A DNA stretch of 64,000 nucleotides from Octopus sinensis (GCF_006345805.1 NC_042997.1:81654001-81718000), one strand, 5' to 3'; shown: positions 1 through 14,189, numbered from the stretch's first letter. Translations and numbers: made by a program. The notes: generated by a model not told the origin, from the letters alone.

Positions 1-171
1 TTTTAGAGGTACAGAGTTTGATTCTCTGTAGTGGCTTGCTGACCACTTTTATTTTGTTTTCTGAGTGTATTTAGCCAATCTTCTAAGCTGTTTTCATGGC
101 TATTTTGCATTTGCAGTTACCTTTATTTTCTATAAAATACCAACTCTCTTGGTGCTTCAAAGATTGTTATA

Positions 172-337
172 AAGTGGCTGTATGGTAAGTAGCTTGCTTA
201 CGAACCACATGGTTCTGGGTTCCTTCCCACTGCATGGCACCTTGGGCAAGTGTCTTCTACTATAGCCCCGGGCTGACCAAAGCCTTGCGAGTGGATTTGG
301 TAGACGGAAACTGAAAGAAGCCCATTGTATATATGTA

Positions 338-392
<55 letters not shown>

Positions 393-615
393 ATATGTTT
401 GTGTGTCTGTGTTTGTCCCCCCAGTATCACTTGACAACCAATGGTGGTGTGTTTACGTCCCTGCAACTTAGCGGTTTGGCAAAAGAAACCATTAGAATAA
501 ATACTAGGCTTCCAAAGAATAAGTCCTGGGGTCAATTTGCTCAACTAAAGGTGGTGCCCCAGCATGGCCGCAGTCAAATGACTGAAACAAGTAAAAGAGC
601 AAAAGAGTAAAGAGT
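172..615 (+). mobile_element. tRNA-derived SINE (octopus-type) with internal (TA)n/(TG)n tract
   Basis: Head GTGGCTGTATGGTAAG...GGTTCTGGGTTC resembles A/B boxes. Central CCTTGGGCAAGTGTCTTCTACTATAGCC and tail GACTGAAACAAGTAAAAGAG recur many times in the window. Confidence 0.85.
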
Positions 616-929
616 ATATTTAGACTGTCAAATCAAGCCTTTTGTGTGTAAATGATGCTGTTGCTGTTAGCGAACAATAGATTACTTGTTATAGAACAAT
701 ATATTACTTGCAGCTTGCCATGTTCAGTATTTAGCCTCACTCTTTACAATTTGGTCAGTTGTTTTTAAATGAATTCATGCAGCAAAACTTGCTGGAGAAT
801 TTATGGTAAAGGAAAAAAAATTGTCAAAAAATGTTGATTTGGCTTTTCTAAGTTTGCAGGAATATTCAATTTCTTCACTGTTGCTGAAAGTGTCAAATTA
901 AGAAAAAATGGGAAAGGGGTTAAAAGGCT

Positions 930-1120
930 TCATCGACTTCAAAGAAAATCATCTGAAAAATTTATCAATGATTACAATCCTTTACTGCTTTTAATATGGC
1001 AGGCAAATGTTGACTGTCTGTATATTAGGGAAAACAGATATTGACCAGCTATGTGACTAACTACCAAACAAAAGCTGAGAAAAATGAAACTGAAGGTATT
1101 TGGGAAAAATTTGGATCAAA
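930..1120 (+). mobile_element. Helentron/Helitron2-type Rep fragment (decayed)
   Basis: Manual translation from ~964 gives INDYNPLLLLIWQANVDC..., then after a frameshift YVTNYQTKAEKNE. This matches the 'N.YNP.LL..W.ANMD...Y...Y.TK.E' Rep motif region. Confidence 0.65.
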
Positions 1121-1880
1121 ATAAATTTCTGAAATTGCTCATCAAATAGTGTGTGTTCTTTTTTGTATCTTTATATTTTTTGCTTTTTATTGCAATTTAA
1201 AAAAATTTAAGTTAGAATATTTGATTTTAAAATTTCTTTGTATTAGGCTAAAACATTTCTGTCTTTGATGGACTTTATTGAATTGTGGAAGTAAAAAAAT
1301 AATGTATGCAATAAATGTTTCTGCCAGGAGTGGGTTGTAGGGAGCTGCCTATCTGCTGTCCATTTCATGCTATCCAACCGACTTTTGGAAACCACCATAT
1401 TCTGCTGCTTTTCTTGTCAAAGAGGGAGGGCCAGATCCCCCTGTTTGTATCTCCTTTACAAATGGCCTGAGAAACTATTTGATGCATTTTTTGTTTGCCA
1501 TAAACTAACTGGATTTTAACAATATTGAATAGCTCTTTCTCCCTTGCAGGGGCTGAGAAACTGCAGATATGATGGAATCAATTTGATTGAAGTGAATATT
1601 TTATTTGTAAAGCAGATTAAAATGTATATATGCTGTAAGCCTGCTTTTTCTGTGGAAGCATTATTTGTTGCCAATTTCTTGCAAAAATTGATTACATCTA
1701 ATTGTGACTGTAATTTGAACTTGCTTCCATTAAATTTATCATATACTAAAATCAGTTAAAATCAGTTTTTATGTCAAACAAGTCTTCTGCTAAAACTGTC
1801 ACTTTGCTATGGAATTTTAAAGACGGAGAGAAAAAGAAAAGGTAACTGATATGGAACATGCATTTATGAGAGAGAAAGAG

Positions 1881-1964
<84 letters not shown>

Positions 1965-3249
1965 TAAAGTGGTGAGCAAGATAATATTAAAAAAAAGAGA
2001 ATTGGATAGTGATTGAGAGAGCTAGAGCCAGAGGTTTGTCTTGACCAGAATGTGCCCGAAAATAGGTTTCCTCAGAGTTGATTCTTGATTAGATAAGAAC
2101 AGAATCAATTGCAGAAATATTCTTAGTTGCAAAAAGTTGAAGGAGACATTGCTTCATGTTAGTGTGTGGCTTGCTTGTGGAAAAAACCCCATAAAAACTA
2201 ATATGAGGATCAGAAAATGTGAGATGTTTGCTAATATATGTGGGAGAATTTAGCTGCTATTTCTAGAGGATTGGTCGACTATGTAGAGACTCCCTCATCA
2301 GCTTATTATAATATAGATTGTTAATAACGATCAACCATTTTCCCTGTTTGTGTGTTAGAGGTGTTTCTTTTGTAAAATCCTCCCTATCTCCCCATTGAGT
2401 AAATAACATACTTTGAAGCCAATTATGAACAAGCATAGAAAATCTCTAAAGAGATGAAAGTAGTAGTAACTATACCGAGAAGTAGTGTTTATCGCCGTAT
2501 CAATATGGTTGCTCGACGTTACTACCGTTTTTAAACCCTGAAAAAGTTTCCTCCAATTGGTTATTGATGCAATTGTTTTTCTTAAAATCGACATCAATTT
2601 TGACATTTTGATGGCATACATATCCTAAACGATGTTTAATAACCAATATGAATGATCAAAGTTTTACCCAGTCTTTTAAAACTAATATTGTGAAAATATG
2701 TTTTGTATTCCTGGTTTATGCTATTTTAGTATTCTTATTTTGGAATAAATTATGCACACATACAAAGTAGTGTGTTAAAAAAATTGGTAGAGGGAAATAA
2801 CCTCTGTGGGTTAAATTTAATAATGAATTCCCTTGAAATAGTCGCACAGTCGCTGTTTAGCCTAATTAAGACTACTAGTCATATAACTGTATAGGAGGAA
2901 CACAAAAGTGATTTACGAGAAATAGAGCTACTACACCTCCAATCACACCCATCTGTAAAATTAAATTTTTAACCAACTCATTCGTTATATATGACCCCCA
3001 GATCATATTGTACTGTCCCCTCTATGTTCGTCTGTATGGATAATAATAAAATCAATCACACCCTTCTATAAAATTTCGTGTTTCAGTTGGCGCCGAATAA
3101 GTTGTAGTTTGAATGCAACTAAAAAATCTATAAATATATTGTTTCTCATTAGACTGGAAAGCATTTGAATTATAAAGGGAAAGAAAGAAGAGATATGTAT
3201 TTAAAGGTTTCCTTTTGGTATTTTATTCCTAGCAAAGCTAATCAATCTG

Positions 3250-3490
3250 TACAATCTGCCGGCATCAGTTGTTAGTTGTCGGAGCACTGCATCCTTCAAA
3301 ACTTCCATACTTCCTGAGATTCGCCAACACTACACTTGATTTTCTCCCCTCCATACACACACAAGCATGTATCTGACTCATACATTGTTCGCTTTCCAGA
3401 CATTTCTACATTACTGCATGTACTTTATATGCACTTTCTGACAAGTTGTGGTGCATCTGAGCACTGTGTACAATAATTTCATTATTATTA
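3250..3490 (+). mobile_element. Probable LINE 3' end with short (ATT)n tail
   Basis: Non-coding segment ending AATAATTTCATTATTATTA, which resembles CR1/L2-type 3' UTRs. No ORF support. Confidence 0.35.
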
Positions 3491-3879
3491 TGATTAAATA
3501 TCCTGGCTAGAACTTGTAAACTATACTTTAGCAGTAGCTGTATAAGAAAGAATGCTTTCCTGTTGCCCCTCAAAGGTTCTTCAAGAGAAATTTTTCAAGG
3601 TGAAACGAATATGCTTTCGAGCTCCGTTTAAAATCCAGGAAGCTATAAGTTTCTGTTTTCTTTTTTAGAGGCTTCTCCCAGATAGTTACAGTACTGTTCT
3701 TGGCTTCCTAAATCGATGTACTTGCTGTACCATATCATATAGGCCCCGGTCCCTCTTAATTGTCATTAAAATTCTACTAAGTAGCTATGTAGTCTGTGAG
3801 AGCTAATCTAATATTACAGACAATAACTGTTGAAATATATAATGTTAGCATTAACTTGAGGCATAAAAACACTCCATAT

Positions 3880-4430
3880 GATGGACCTAAAGGTTAGATT
3901 CATCTTTCCAGAGGAGATAGTGATAACATCATTCCAACCAGACATGTCCCTGCTCTCCAGGAATACAAAAAACAATCATCGTGGTCGAACTCATAGTGCA
4001 TTGGGAGGATAGATTCGATACTTCTCATCAGCTAAAGAAAACCAAATATCGAAACTTGGTCGATCAGACCCTTGTCAAAGAATGGTAATTGGCTTCATTC
4101 TCCATTGAAGTTGGCGCCTTATTTCTTTCAGAAGATTGGTTGGAATACAAACAAGTGAAGAAAGCTACCAAGGAGTTAGGCACGGCAGATGAAACCAGCT
4201 CAAGGAGGTTATGGTGGATAAGAGACCGCAAACGGAACCCTGCTGCAGGCGAAAACTAGTTCAGTCTACAATACCCTACTCAAGCAAAGCGTACAGGTTA
4301 AGGGTTGAAACGCTCGTGACCCTGAGATACCTACTGACGATACGTCAAGGTTTACAACATTGCGAGTGATTTAGAAGAGCTTGCAAAACCTCTGAGTAGC
4401 TCCAGCAGTTACTGCGAGAAACAAAGCATC
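3880..4430 (+). mobile_element. Hero-like (R2-group) LINE 3' fragment, restriction-like endonuclease
   Basis: Translates as DLKVRFIFPEEIVITSFQPDMSLLS...IIVVELIVHWEDRFDTSHQLKKTKY, a decayed 'RPD...ELTVPWE...K..KY' RLE motif with frameshifts. Confidence 0.7.
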
Positions 4431-4829
4431 TCTCTTTATTTATTTCAATAGTGCTATGTATACAATATCTTTAACAATACTGCACTACATTTCATCACAT
4501 TGCATTACATTAAGAAGACTACTGCAATATTTTCATAATTCAATATTGTTGTTAAAACACGTACGCACGTATAGTTATCTCCCATAGTGTATGGGAGACA
4601 ACTAATATTTATTCTACATGCAGCGGCTTAAGTAACCTCATTCACTCACTTCCATTTCAATATCAATTAATCTATTTAGTTACTGTTGCTCGAACGATAG
4701 GGAATATAGGAATATGTAAGTCCAACGCTATCTATCCAATCTACCCTCGTATGTTTTCCGACTGTTTTTATATACGCCTGCCCGTCGTGGTTTGGCTTTA
4801 ATTATTTGTAATGGTGAAATAAATATGTT

Positions 4830-5057
4830 TCTTTATTACCCACAAGGGGCTAAACATAGAGGGGACAAACAAGGACAGACAAACGGATTAAGTCAATTAC
4901 ATCGACTCCAGTGCGTAACTGGTACTTAATTTATCGACCCCGAAAGGATAAAAGGCAAAGTCGACCTCGGCGGAATTTGAACTCATAACGTAGCGGCAGA
5001 CGAAATACGGCTACGCATTTCGCCCGGCGGGCTAACGGTTCTGCCAGCTCGCCGCCA
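4830..5057 (-). mobile_element. tRNA-related SINE, second family (GGCGGCGAGCTGGCAGAA head)
   Basis: Reverse complement matches copies at 27226-27605, 24870-25085, 39455-39670 and 40205-40408. Contains B-box-like GAGTTCAAATTCC. Confidence 0.8.
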
Positions 5058-5582
5058 TCATGGTGAAATGAATATGTTATCTACAACTCCGACCACTGTC
5101 TTTCTTTCATGGAGTCATCATTGTCATCAGCATCAGTATCATCACCTTCGCCTTCAACCTAGACAACATCTGTTACTTCCACATGATTGTTTATGTGTAT
5201 AAATAGTAGACGACTGAGTTTATGTATTTATTTTTGCTGCTGTTGCCTTATAGGCGCTGAGTGAGACTACACGACATTTGAAGGTTGTCTATAGTGATCT
5301 CAAGCCCCTACCTCCTTCATCTCTTATTAGAGCCTGTCGATATTATTATTTTCGTGGAAGTTTCCAGCTGATACCAGGATCTTGTGGGTTTTAATGTCCT
5401 CTACAGATTAGTCAAGTATCCCAGATGATGAAATCAGCACTGGTACTGAAAATGCATTGTGGGATATTATCTTGTTATAAAAAGAAAGTTCCAACAGCAA
5501 TAAAGTCTGGTATAATATTCTCGGGTCACGCTATCTTAATTCCCAGCACCTTCGTATGATATGTCTTCATCAATGCCTAGAT

Positions 5583-5730
5583 CATTGGTTCCCAACCCGG
5601 GGTCTACAAAGGTAGTAGTGGGGTTCCGAGAACTAAATCCAAAATTTCATATATATATATCCATAAGGATAAATACATTAAAAGAGGTCTGTGGGAAAAC
5701 TCATTTAAATAAAAGGGTTGCGAACCACTG
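5583..5730. mobile_element. hAT-type MITE (148 bp)
   Basis: Termini CATTGGTTCCCAACCC / GGGTTGCGAACCACTG with a perfect 8-bp TSD GCCTAGAT at 5575-5582 and 5731-5738. Confidence 0.85.
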
Positions 5731-5949
5731 GCCTAGATAGTTGTAGCATTCTTTGTGTGGAGCAAGAGAAATAGTGAGACCATTGATGCACAAGTTTTGT
5801 GTCTGGGGGACTGATTTTTCACGCTCAGTAATCATATACGAACACTACTTTTGGCCAAATTTTATTCCTCTGTAAATTGAAAACGTTGTTATTTACTTCA
5901 GCTGTTTGAAATTATGGAGTACATTAATATCTCCAGAAGTTACAGACCC

Positions 5950-6625
5950 TAGCATGTAGCCTTCAATTTTTGTAGCAGGAATGATAATGAATTTAATTCC
6001 AAAACAAACAGAATTTCAGAAATAGTATCTCTTTGGGATATTCCTATTGAAGTAATTATAACTTTGGAGACGATCATAAGGGACGCACTTCGACACTTGG
6101 TGGTTAAAAGATGTTGCCGAAAGGATATATGACATTCAAAGGCAGTTTGGATCGATGTTAAGCCTCTGCCCCCACCCATGGTTTCATTTTACGTTGAGCC
6201 GGTCTACATCACTGTTGATATGGAAATTATGTGTACTAGTTAGTACCTTCCGGGTTTTCACATCAGTTGCTTGGTTCTCATCAAGCGTCCAATCAAGTAT
6301 ACCAAATGTTGGTATGAGTACTGACACTGCAAATACATTGCAGGCCACAGTTTTATTAAATGCAGAGAGTTCCAAGGTCCGTATTTCCTTTAAACGGTTG
6401 TAATATTTTTTTAGCGACACGTGTCTTGTTACATCGTAAGATATGTTTTCATCCACCCCAAGGAACCTATAACATTCCTCGTCAGATACAGGGAAATAAT
6501 TAAGTCATTGATGGAGATGTTAGTCTGTTTTATAGTTTTCCCTCTTTTCACAACCATATAGCAACATTTGTCCTGACCATTTCCAACCCTATATCCTTTG
6601 AGAATGTTGTAACCAGGTCAAAGCT
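5950..6625 (-). mobile_element. R4/Dong-clade LINE fragment (RT C-terminus/thumb)
   Basis: ORF pieces ELSAFNKTVACNVFAVSVLIPTFGILDW...DVKTRKVLT and GGGRGL, homologous to the larger copy at 41252-43121. Confidence 0.8.
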
Positions 6626-6628
6626 TCT

Positions 6629-7310
6629 GGATCTTTACCTTTTCACCGACAGATTTTAAAAATAATTTTTGTAACTAAACACTTTCAAACTTCGGACACT
6701 GGTAGAATGTGTCATATAAAACATCTTTTACTCTTAGCATTTTTGAGAAAAAAACTTATATTTACGAAGTTCTCGTATTTCGGTAATTTCAACCAATCAG
6801 TGACGTGTATTCAGCTGAATAAAATTACTACTGTTGTTTGTCAACAAGAACTTCAGGTTGTGTATATTTCGTTTGTCCCTGTTATTTATGACAACCCTAA
6901 CCCTAAAACCCTAATCCTAAAACCTTAACCCTAACCCTAACCCTATCACCCAAACCCTAAAACCCAACCCTAACTCTAAAACCCTAACCCCCAACCCTAA
7001 AACCCTAACCCTAAAACCCTAACCCTAACCCTAACCCTAAAACCTTAAAACCAATACAAACGCACGAACGATGTCATAAATAACAGTGACAAACGAAAAA
7101 TACACCGCCGATAGTTGTTGACAAACAACGGCAGTAATTTTATTCAACTGAATACACGTCATTGATTGGTTGAAATTACCGAAATACTACTAATTATAGG
7201 ATTTTCTCAAAAACGCTAAGAGTAAAAGATTCTACCTGTGTCCGAAGTTTGAAAGTGTTTAGTTACAAAAAAATTATTTTTTAAATCTGTCAGTCAAAAG
7301 GTAAAGAGCC
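6629..7310. mobile_element. Fold-back MITE with ~260-bp TIRs around a telomere-like (CCCTAA)n core
   Basis: 6629-6893 is the imperfect reverse complement of ~7070-7310. The core at 6894-7050 is CCCTAA/CCCTAAAA repeats. Confidence 0.8.
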
Positions 7311-7381
7311 GCACACACACATACACGCACTTAAAACAACAATGAGACACACATGGTTGTGTACTAACGTGGCTCGTACAT

Positions 7382-7560
7382 ACACTACATGAGTGCAAGT
7401 GTCCACACACTCACTAAATGAGTGCAAGTGTCTCCACACTCACTACATGAGTGCAAGTGTCCACACACTACATAAGTGCAAGTGTCTCCACACTCACTAC
7501 ATGAGTGCAAGTATCTCCGCATTCACTACATGAGTGCAAGTGCACCTACATTCTGTATAT
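7382..7560. repeat. ~27-29 bp minisatellite (CACTCACTACATGAGTGCAAGTGTCTCCA)
   Basis: About six imperfect tandem copies are directly visible. Confidence 0.85.
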
Positions 7561-7834
7561 GAGTACCTGTGTACCGACACTCACATACAAGCACGCACAC
7601 ACAAGTACACATATACATCTACACATGCCCTCAGATATTCACAATCCCCAAGAGCTATCTTGACCTATTTTCAAATGGGCTTTATCACTTTTTAGTTGAC
7701 TTCTAAAAATGATAAGAACATAAATACCCCATCCTAAAATACATATACACACAAGTATATATAACATTCATTCATTCATTCATTCATACATACATACATA
7801 CATACATACATACATACATACATACATACATACA

Positions 7835-7865
<31 letters not shown>

Positions 7866-8814
7866 TTATCTGGGTTAACTACATCCCAAAGATAGAACTT
7901 GAGTCTTTGTTGGAAACCGACTCCTTCCTCTGTAGATCTATAATAATTAAAAAATAGAAGAGACATACATACACACACACTCGCATTTCAAAGGGTTATA
8001 TGTCAGTTGTTTGAAATGGTGTTTGATATTAAGAGAAATACTTTTCATCTTGAAGCAATGGAATTTTTTTCACTAAACAATGTCAATATAGGTTTGTTGG
8101 AATAAACATTTACTTGGTAAATGCGATAAGAGTACGAATTACCTTGATCACGTGAAGTGGAAACGATGTCAAGGAGTTCGAGCAACACTTCTTCAAGTAA
8201 GTTGATGAATTTTTATAACGATACCAGCAACTTCTAACAAACCTTGATAGAAACAGAGACAAATGGAGATGTGCATGCATATATAAAGATAGAATGGCTG
8301 AGAGAATCTTAGCGGATAATTTGTTAATTGGAAGTGTTGCTGCTGTCTGTTATTTTCTTTATACACTTGATATTATCCTAGATCAATGCAAAAATGACAG
8401 CAGTGTACGCTCAACACTGTTAACTTGCACAGAGTGGCACTAGTGTTATTAGACTAGATTAACTAGATTAACGATTACTTATGATTCCTGAACCTTTAGA
8501 TTTGTTCTAAGCTGGTGTTCAGTTGCTTAACCCTCTGCCTGTACATATCATTTTCACAAGTTTGTCCTAAACGCGTGTTTTAATGCTTTTTTTTCAGACT
8601 TTTAGCTAGCTCCTGTTCCGTACATTCTGAGTAATACAAAATTTTCCTTTCATAAGTCTCATCTTACTCTGCTGATTTAAAAAAAATCAAGAATGTGTGT
8701 CACATATGGGGCAAAGGCGCTAGGGAAATATGTCGTGAAACACAGGACAGGCAAAGGATTAAATGATTACGGCTTCAGTAAGCTGTTCCTCTATGACTTA
8801 AAAAGAAAGGCCCA

Positions 8815-9143
8815 CTTCAGTCGTGAATGACCATGGAACTGCACCTAGAAATTTCCCCTCCGAGGCACAAGTCCGAGCAAGGTTGTTTATGGAAGACCAG
8901 TAGTCACCCATGCATATCAACCTCCCCTCTCCTTGCCATCGAAGTTATCCAAGTGAAATGGTAAAGGCTGATACACCTTGGCACTAGTGATGTCGCAACT
9001 CATTTCTGCAGCTGAGTGAACTGGAGCAACGCGAAATAAAGTGTCTCGCTCAAGAACACAACACACAACCCGGTCCGGGAATTGAACTCACTACCTTATG
9101 ATTGTGAGCCCGACGCTCTAACTACGGAGCCATGTGCCTTCAC
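8815..9143 (-). mobile_element. SINE, third family
   Basis: GGAGCAACGCGAAATAAAGTGTCTCGCTCAAGAACACAAC...CCGGGAATTGAACTC. A related copy lies at ~43240-43470. Confidence 0.6.
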
Positions 9144-10209
9144 ATGGTTACTTACTTCAATGACTACTTTAAAATATATATTTCAGTTATATTTTAAAGT
9201 GATCACAGAAGAACATTATATCGCATCAAAAGAAAAGGATACAAAAATCGAACAGTAATAACAGAAAATATAATTTATAAGAAATATTCCTCGAGAGACA
9301 TTCGATTGAAATTTTGTTCCTTGAGGTATTAAGACATCATCAGTCCCTAAGCTAATCCCCGTCTTTGCTGAAATGGCCGATCAAACTGACTGTTCCACAG
9401 TTTAAACACAATTCTACATTGTTTTTTCTTTTTTAGAAAATATAAGAAAATAAATTCAATCTCCTTTTTACTCCAGTTGATATAGATTATCAGACAAGCG
9501 TTTATCTCACTCTTATCCTCTTTTACTACATGTTGTTGTTGCTGCTTTGGGTGGTAGTGGTGGGGATTAGCTTTAAGTCAACCCTATTGAACAGACCTAT
9601 GGTTAAAGGTGTTCCAGCCTATCATGTTTCCATGATAGATACTTCAGATACTTCAGCATTCATTTCTGTTACTTGTTTCAGTCACTGGACTGCGGCCACA
9701 CTGGGGCACCGCATTGAAGGATTCAGCCGAACGCATCGAATCCAGTACTCATCCTTTCACTGTATTCGGATATACCTTTTTAAAAATGGTAGTGTATGAT
9801 TTAAATAAAAGCTGGCCATTATTTCAGACATGTTAAAGGATCACACAAAGAATCTTTTATTCGTTTTACATGTTATATTTGGGATGTGATACTTGAACGT
9901 TTTCAAATTGTCTCATGTAATATTGAGTTACTCAATGTAAATCGTATAGCAACAGTTGTTCATTACCAGCACAGAGTTTATACACGTTTACAGCTTCAAG
10001 AAGTCTACTCTGGCATTATATATTTAATGTTCAACATATGTGATAAATTAATGGTAGGTGCATAATATTGCTCGATAAAACCAATTTATATGAATTTAGC
10101 CTATAAAGATTATGTTCTGAATGCTGTTCCTGGCCAATAACTTGATAATGGCGTTGAAAATAAAGTGTTTTCCGAGCTAAATAAAAAGAAATGTCTTACA
10201 TAGACATTC

Positions 10210-10692
10210 TTTTATTCTTTTACTTGCTTCAGTCATTTTAACTGCGGTCATGTTGGAGCACTGCCTTAAAGGGGTTTTGTCGAATAACTCGACTCCAGGA
10301 CTTATTCTTTGTACGCCCAGTACTTATTCTACCAGTCTCTTTTGCCGAACCGCTAAGGACCTAAACACACCAGCTTCGGTTGTCAAGCGATGTCATAAAT
10401 ATATATACATAAAGTATTGATTGGGTATCATCTGATGGTTGATGTTTGATTGATTTAAGTATGTTTCTCCATTTTCTAATTTTGTAGTATACATAAATAT
10501 ATATACATAAATATATACATATGTATACGACGAGATTCTATCAGTTTCCGTCTACCAAATCCACTCATAAGGCCTTGGTCGGCGTGAGGCTATAGTAGAA
10601 GACACTTGCCCAAAGTGCCACGCAATGGGACTGAACCCAGAACCATGTGGTTGAGAAGCAAGTTTCTTACCACACAGCCACGCCTGCGCCTA
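10210..10692 (-). mobile_element. tRNA-derived SINE (same family as 172-615)
   Basis: Reverse complement begins AGGCGCAGGCGTGGCTGTGTGGTAAG and has the same core and tail. Confidence 0.85.
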
Positions 10693-11675
10693 TGACATTT
10701 CTTTGGTTTCAAAGAGAAGTTAGGTAGATCGAATCTTTCTTTTATTGGCCACGAGAAAGAAAACGAACAGAAGGCGCTTAGGTGGATGTGAACACGGAAA
10801 ATAGAGAAAGTAAATACTTTATATTCTTTAGACTGAGGCCCTATTCGTTTTAGCCAGCACTAGCTTAGACTCGGCAGCTGAAGAATTCTATCGGGAAGGA
10901 AATAAAAATTAGCCCTGTTTGACTTCCTCTTTCCTGACCACTTTCATAAACACTTGTAGATACGAATCAATGAGAAATCCTCAACCAGTTGCAAATTGCG
11001 GTTAAATCACCAACAAATAGCAGCCTTCCATCATAAAAAAAAGAGGACACATTAGACAATGTAGTCGTAGATATACAAAAGGACAGGATTATGATTGGAA
11101 TGCCTTTGACTATAGATCTGCTAAGCCAAGTCTTACTTAGGGGCAAACAATATTAACAACAAGAACAGCAACTCTATATAAAAAGATGTATTTCTGAGAA
11201 ATATTTTCAAAAAAATCTTAAATGAAATTTGTTTCTAAAAATGTAAGACTAGACCAAAAAGTAAAATTATTTTCATCTTAAGAAAGTAATGTTTTTAAAA
11301 TGATTTGTGTTTTTAAAGAAACATCTTTTAGTTTACAAATGTTGTGTGTCTATCCCAGTGGTTTTCAAATTGACAAATATCGGCGTCCTTCATCGGTCTT
11401 ATCTTTTTATAAGAAAGAGAGAGAAGGCACAGGGCAAGAAGAAATTTATCGTAGCAGTTGTTACTCAAATAACGACTACCAGGATACGCAGACAAAATAA
11501 ATACAAGGTATTCAGAATAGATATGACGCTATTTTTATCTCCACTTTTCAGGAACATCTTGATGAATTGGTGAACAGTCTAAGGCCTTGGAGAGCACAAA
11601 AATTAAAATTGTATTTGAAAAGAGTTACCTGTATCATGATGATTCGTGCTGGATATCAAAATACCATCATGACTG

Positions 11676-11716
<41 letters not shown>

Positions 11717-11734
11717 TGTGTGTGCGCGCATATA

Positions 11735-13278
11735 CTTGCAGATATACCCGGCGTTGCCCGGGTTAAAGGGAAGAATGAAATTTAAAAACGTCGTCTAGAT
11801 TACGCAGGTATCAACTGCTAGTAGCTGAAAAGCCAACTTTCTACATTAATAACTCCCCAACCCATGCTACCATGGAACATAGACATTAAGTGAATTGTTA
11901 AAAGACAGTTTTCAACTCATATATGTATATAAAGTAAATACACGTAAGTCAAAAACACGTTATGTGTAGCTTATTTCGTAACCAAAAAACAGATACAGAT
12001 TATAAACAATGAAAGGCCGATTTTGGTGATTCATTTGACAGAGGGAAAAGAGAGCCAATCTGATGATAAATCTGACATTGGATCTTGAAAGTTTGCATGA
12101 ATCCTGGCACAGTTAAATCTCTTGTGGCTCCAAATAATGTCATCTGTAGTGCAGCGTTGTATTGTCTAATTTTGTCTTGGAAGTGCTTGGAATCTTGGTC
12201 AGTTGATGACAACATTTCCTTCAATGGCTCTGGAGGTTGGGGGATTTCAGGGAGTTTAACCTTTCTATCACTGCAGCACAATGCAGGTGTCTCTCCAGGC
12301 CACTTTCTTGCTTTACAATGTATGCACTCAGTTGTCATTGCACCAATGAGAACTCTAGTGTCATCTGCATAATGGACTGCTGGATCATATTTGAAAGCTG
12401 CTTCATAGAAGTTGCTTCTCTGAGCTGTTGCGACTGCTCTTCGTTCTGCAGTGAAGATCATATTCCTTGTCAGCCGTGCATACCCCTGTTTATTACTTTG
12501 AGATGCTTTGGCTTTTGCATTGCAGTCAATTCGTTTCTTGGTATACTTCCCTTTCTGCAGCTATTTCTTTTTTTCTGGACAGACACATTCTTTTGGCTGA
12601 TCTTGACATTGTAGACAAATTTGATTCTTTCCTTCTAGACATGGTTATATACGTATACAGAAATACACGAGTGCAGAAGATAGTAAACAATGAAAATAAC
12701 TGGGTAATGGAAATTATATTTCTTAATACTACGGGCAGAAAGTAAATAAGAAATTTTTACGGAAAAAAAGAATTGTACGGGTTGAAGCGCAATTTGTCAG
12801 TGAACAGAAAAGCCAGTACCGAAGGAACAAGAAAAAAGCCGTTATCAACAGAAAAGCACAAAACCGTTGCAAAAGAAAATAAGAAATTTTTAGGGAAATT
12901 AACTAAGTGTACGGATTTAAGTGAAATGTTTGAAGTTACGTCTGTCAGTAAATTATAAATTTACTTTTATCAGTAATTCTGTCGACCCCCCCCCCAAAAA
13001 AAAACGTTGCAAAAGTAAATAAGAAATTTATAGGCAAATTTAACGAAGTATACGGATTGAAGTGAAATTTACGAAGTTACTTCTGTCTGTAAATTAGGTA
13101 TGAAATTACTTTCATCAGCAATTATAAGCGCCTTTCTGTTAGTAATTTGTCGTTGTTGTTTGTAAATAGCGATTGAAAACTTATAGGGAAAACAACAGCG
13201 GTTGAACTTAAAGTGAAAACAATAGCGTCTGAAAAATGAAAGTGAGAAAATAGAGAGTGAGTGAGATATAGAGATAAG

Positions 13279-13319
<41 letters not shown>

Positions 13320-13478
13320 AGCTAGCTAGTTAGACAAATAAGATAGATATAGATAGACAGATAGATACAGATAGATATACAGATAGAGATGAACAGAGAT
13401 ATATAGATAGAGAGATATAGAGACATAGCGATACGCGTGAAAAGCGAATACACACACATCTCTATTTTATATATTAGA
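11735..13478 (-). mobile_element. Internally deleted Helitron
   Basis: Minus strand starts A|TCTAATATATAAAA and ends with hairpin CCCGGGCAACGCCGGG then CAAG|T. ORF 12000-12461 encodes the RepHel N-terminal zinc region (CIHCKARKWPGE..LCC..KVKLP, IRQYNAALQM, IYHQIGSL). Confidence 0.85.
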
Positions 13479-13754
13479 TGAGATTGTGATAATTTTTTGA
13501 CCAATGGATATAAAGGAGACAATCAATTTCCGAAAGTTACTTCGTTAAGAGTTACTTCCCTTCTCCACGTAACCCAGGAACGAGTATTTTCTGCCTCCAG
13601 GGGGGCGTTACTCATTATGTGAAACAATTTAAGAGTCGAAAACCGTTTCTGGAACATAAGTAATGTATGTTACCAGTTTGGAGAAAATCATTTGAAAAAT
13701 ACGGCCGTTATAAATTTTTTATACGCACGCACACACACACACACACACACACAC

Positions 13755-13805
<51 letters not shown>

Positions 13806-13971
13806 TCCATTTTCTTGGTTTTGTGTTTATGTTTTCGTTTCTCATTGTGTTCGACGTTTTTTTGGTGTCCTGTACCCATATATGCATGTATATATACATA
13901 TAGATGTAGGTACGTACATATATGTATATATGCATATGTTTTATTTATTAATTTTTTATTATATATATACA

Positions 13972-14148
13972 CTAGCAAAGGCACCCGGCGTGCCCAGAAA
14001 GGAAATTTTTCCTTATCTATTGGAAGGGAAAAGCAAAATACGTTGTATAGAAATTTGTTATTCCAAATTCAATTTATTCTTCAATTGGGAAATCAATTCT
14101 GAATTCATAATACAAAAAAAAAAGAAAGAAAGAATAGTAATGATAATA

Positions 14149-14189
<41 letters not shown>

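Noticed and set aside
172-245. tRNA-like heads as tRNA genes
   Set aside because: No complete cloverleaf, and they are always joined to a SINE body and tail.
545-610. SINE tail CAGTC-AAAT-GACTG-AAAC resembling half a hammerhead
   Set aside because: No CUGANGA box and no stems I/III. More likely a LINE-derived 3' stem-loop.
6894-7050. True telomere or chromosome fusion site
   Set aside because: Short, degenerate, single orientation and enclosed by element TIRs.
7382-7560. Regular repeats superficially like a CRISPR array
   Set aside because: No unique spacers and the context is eukaryotic. It is a minisatellite.
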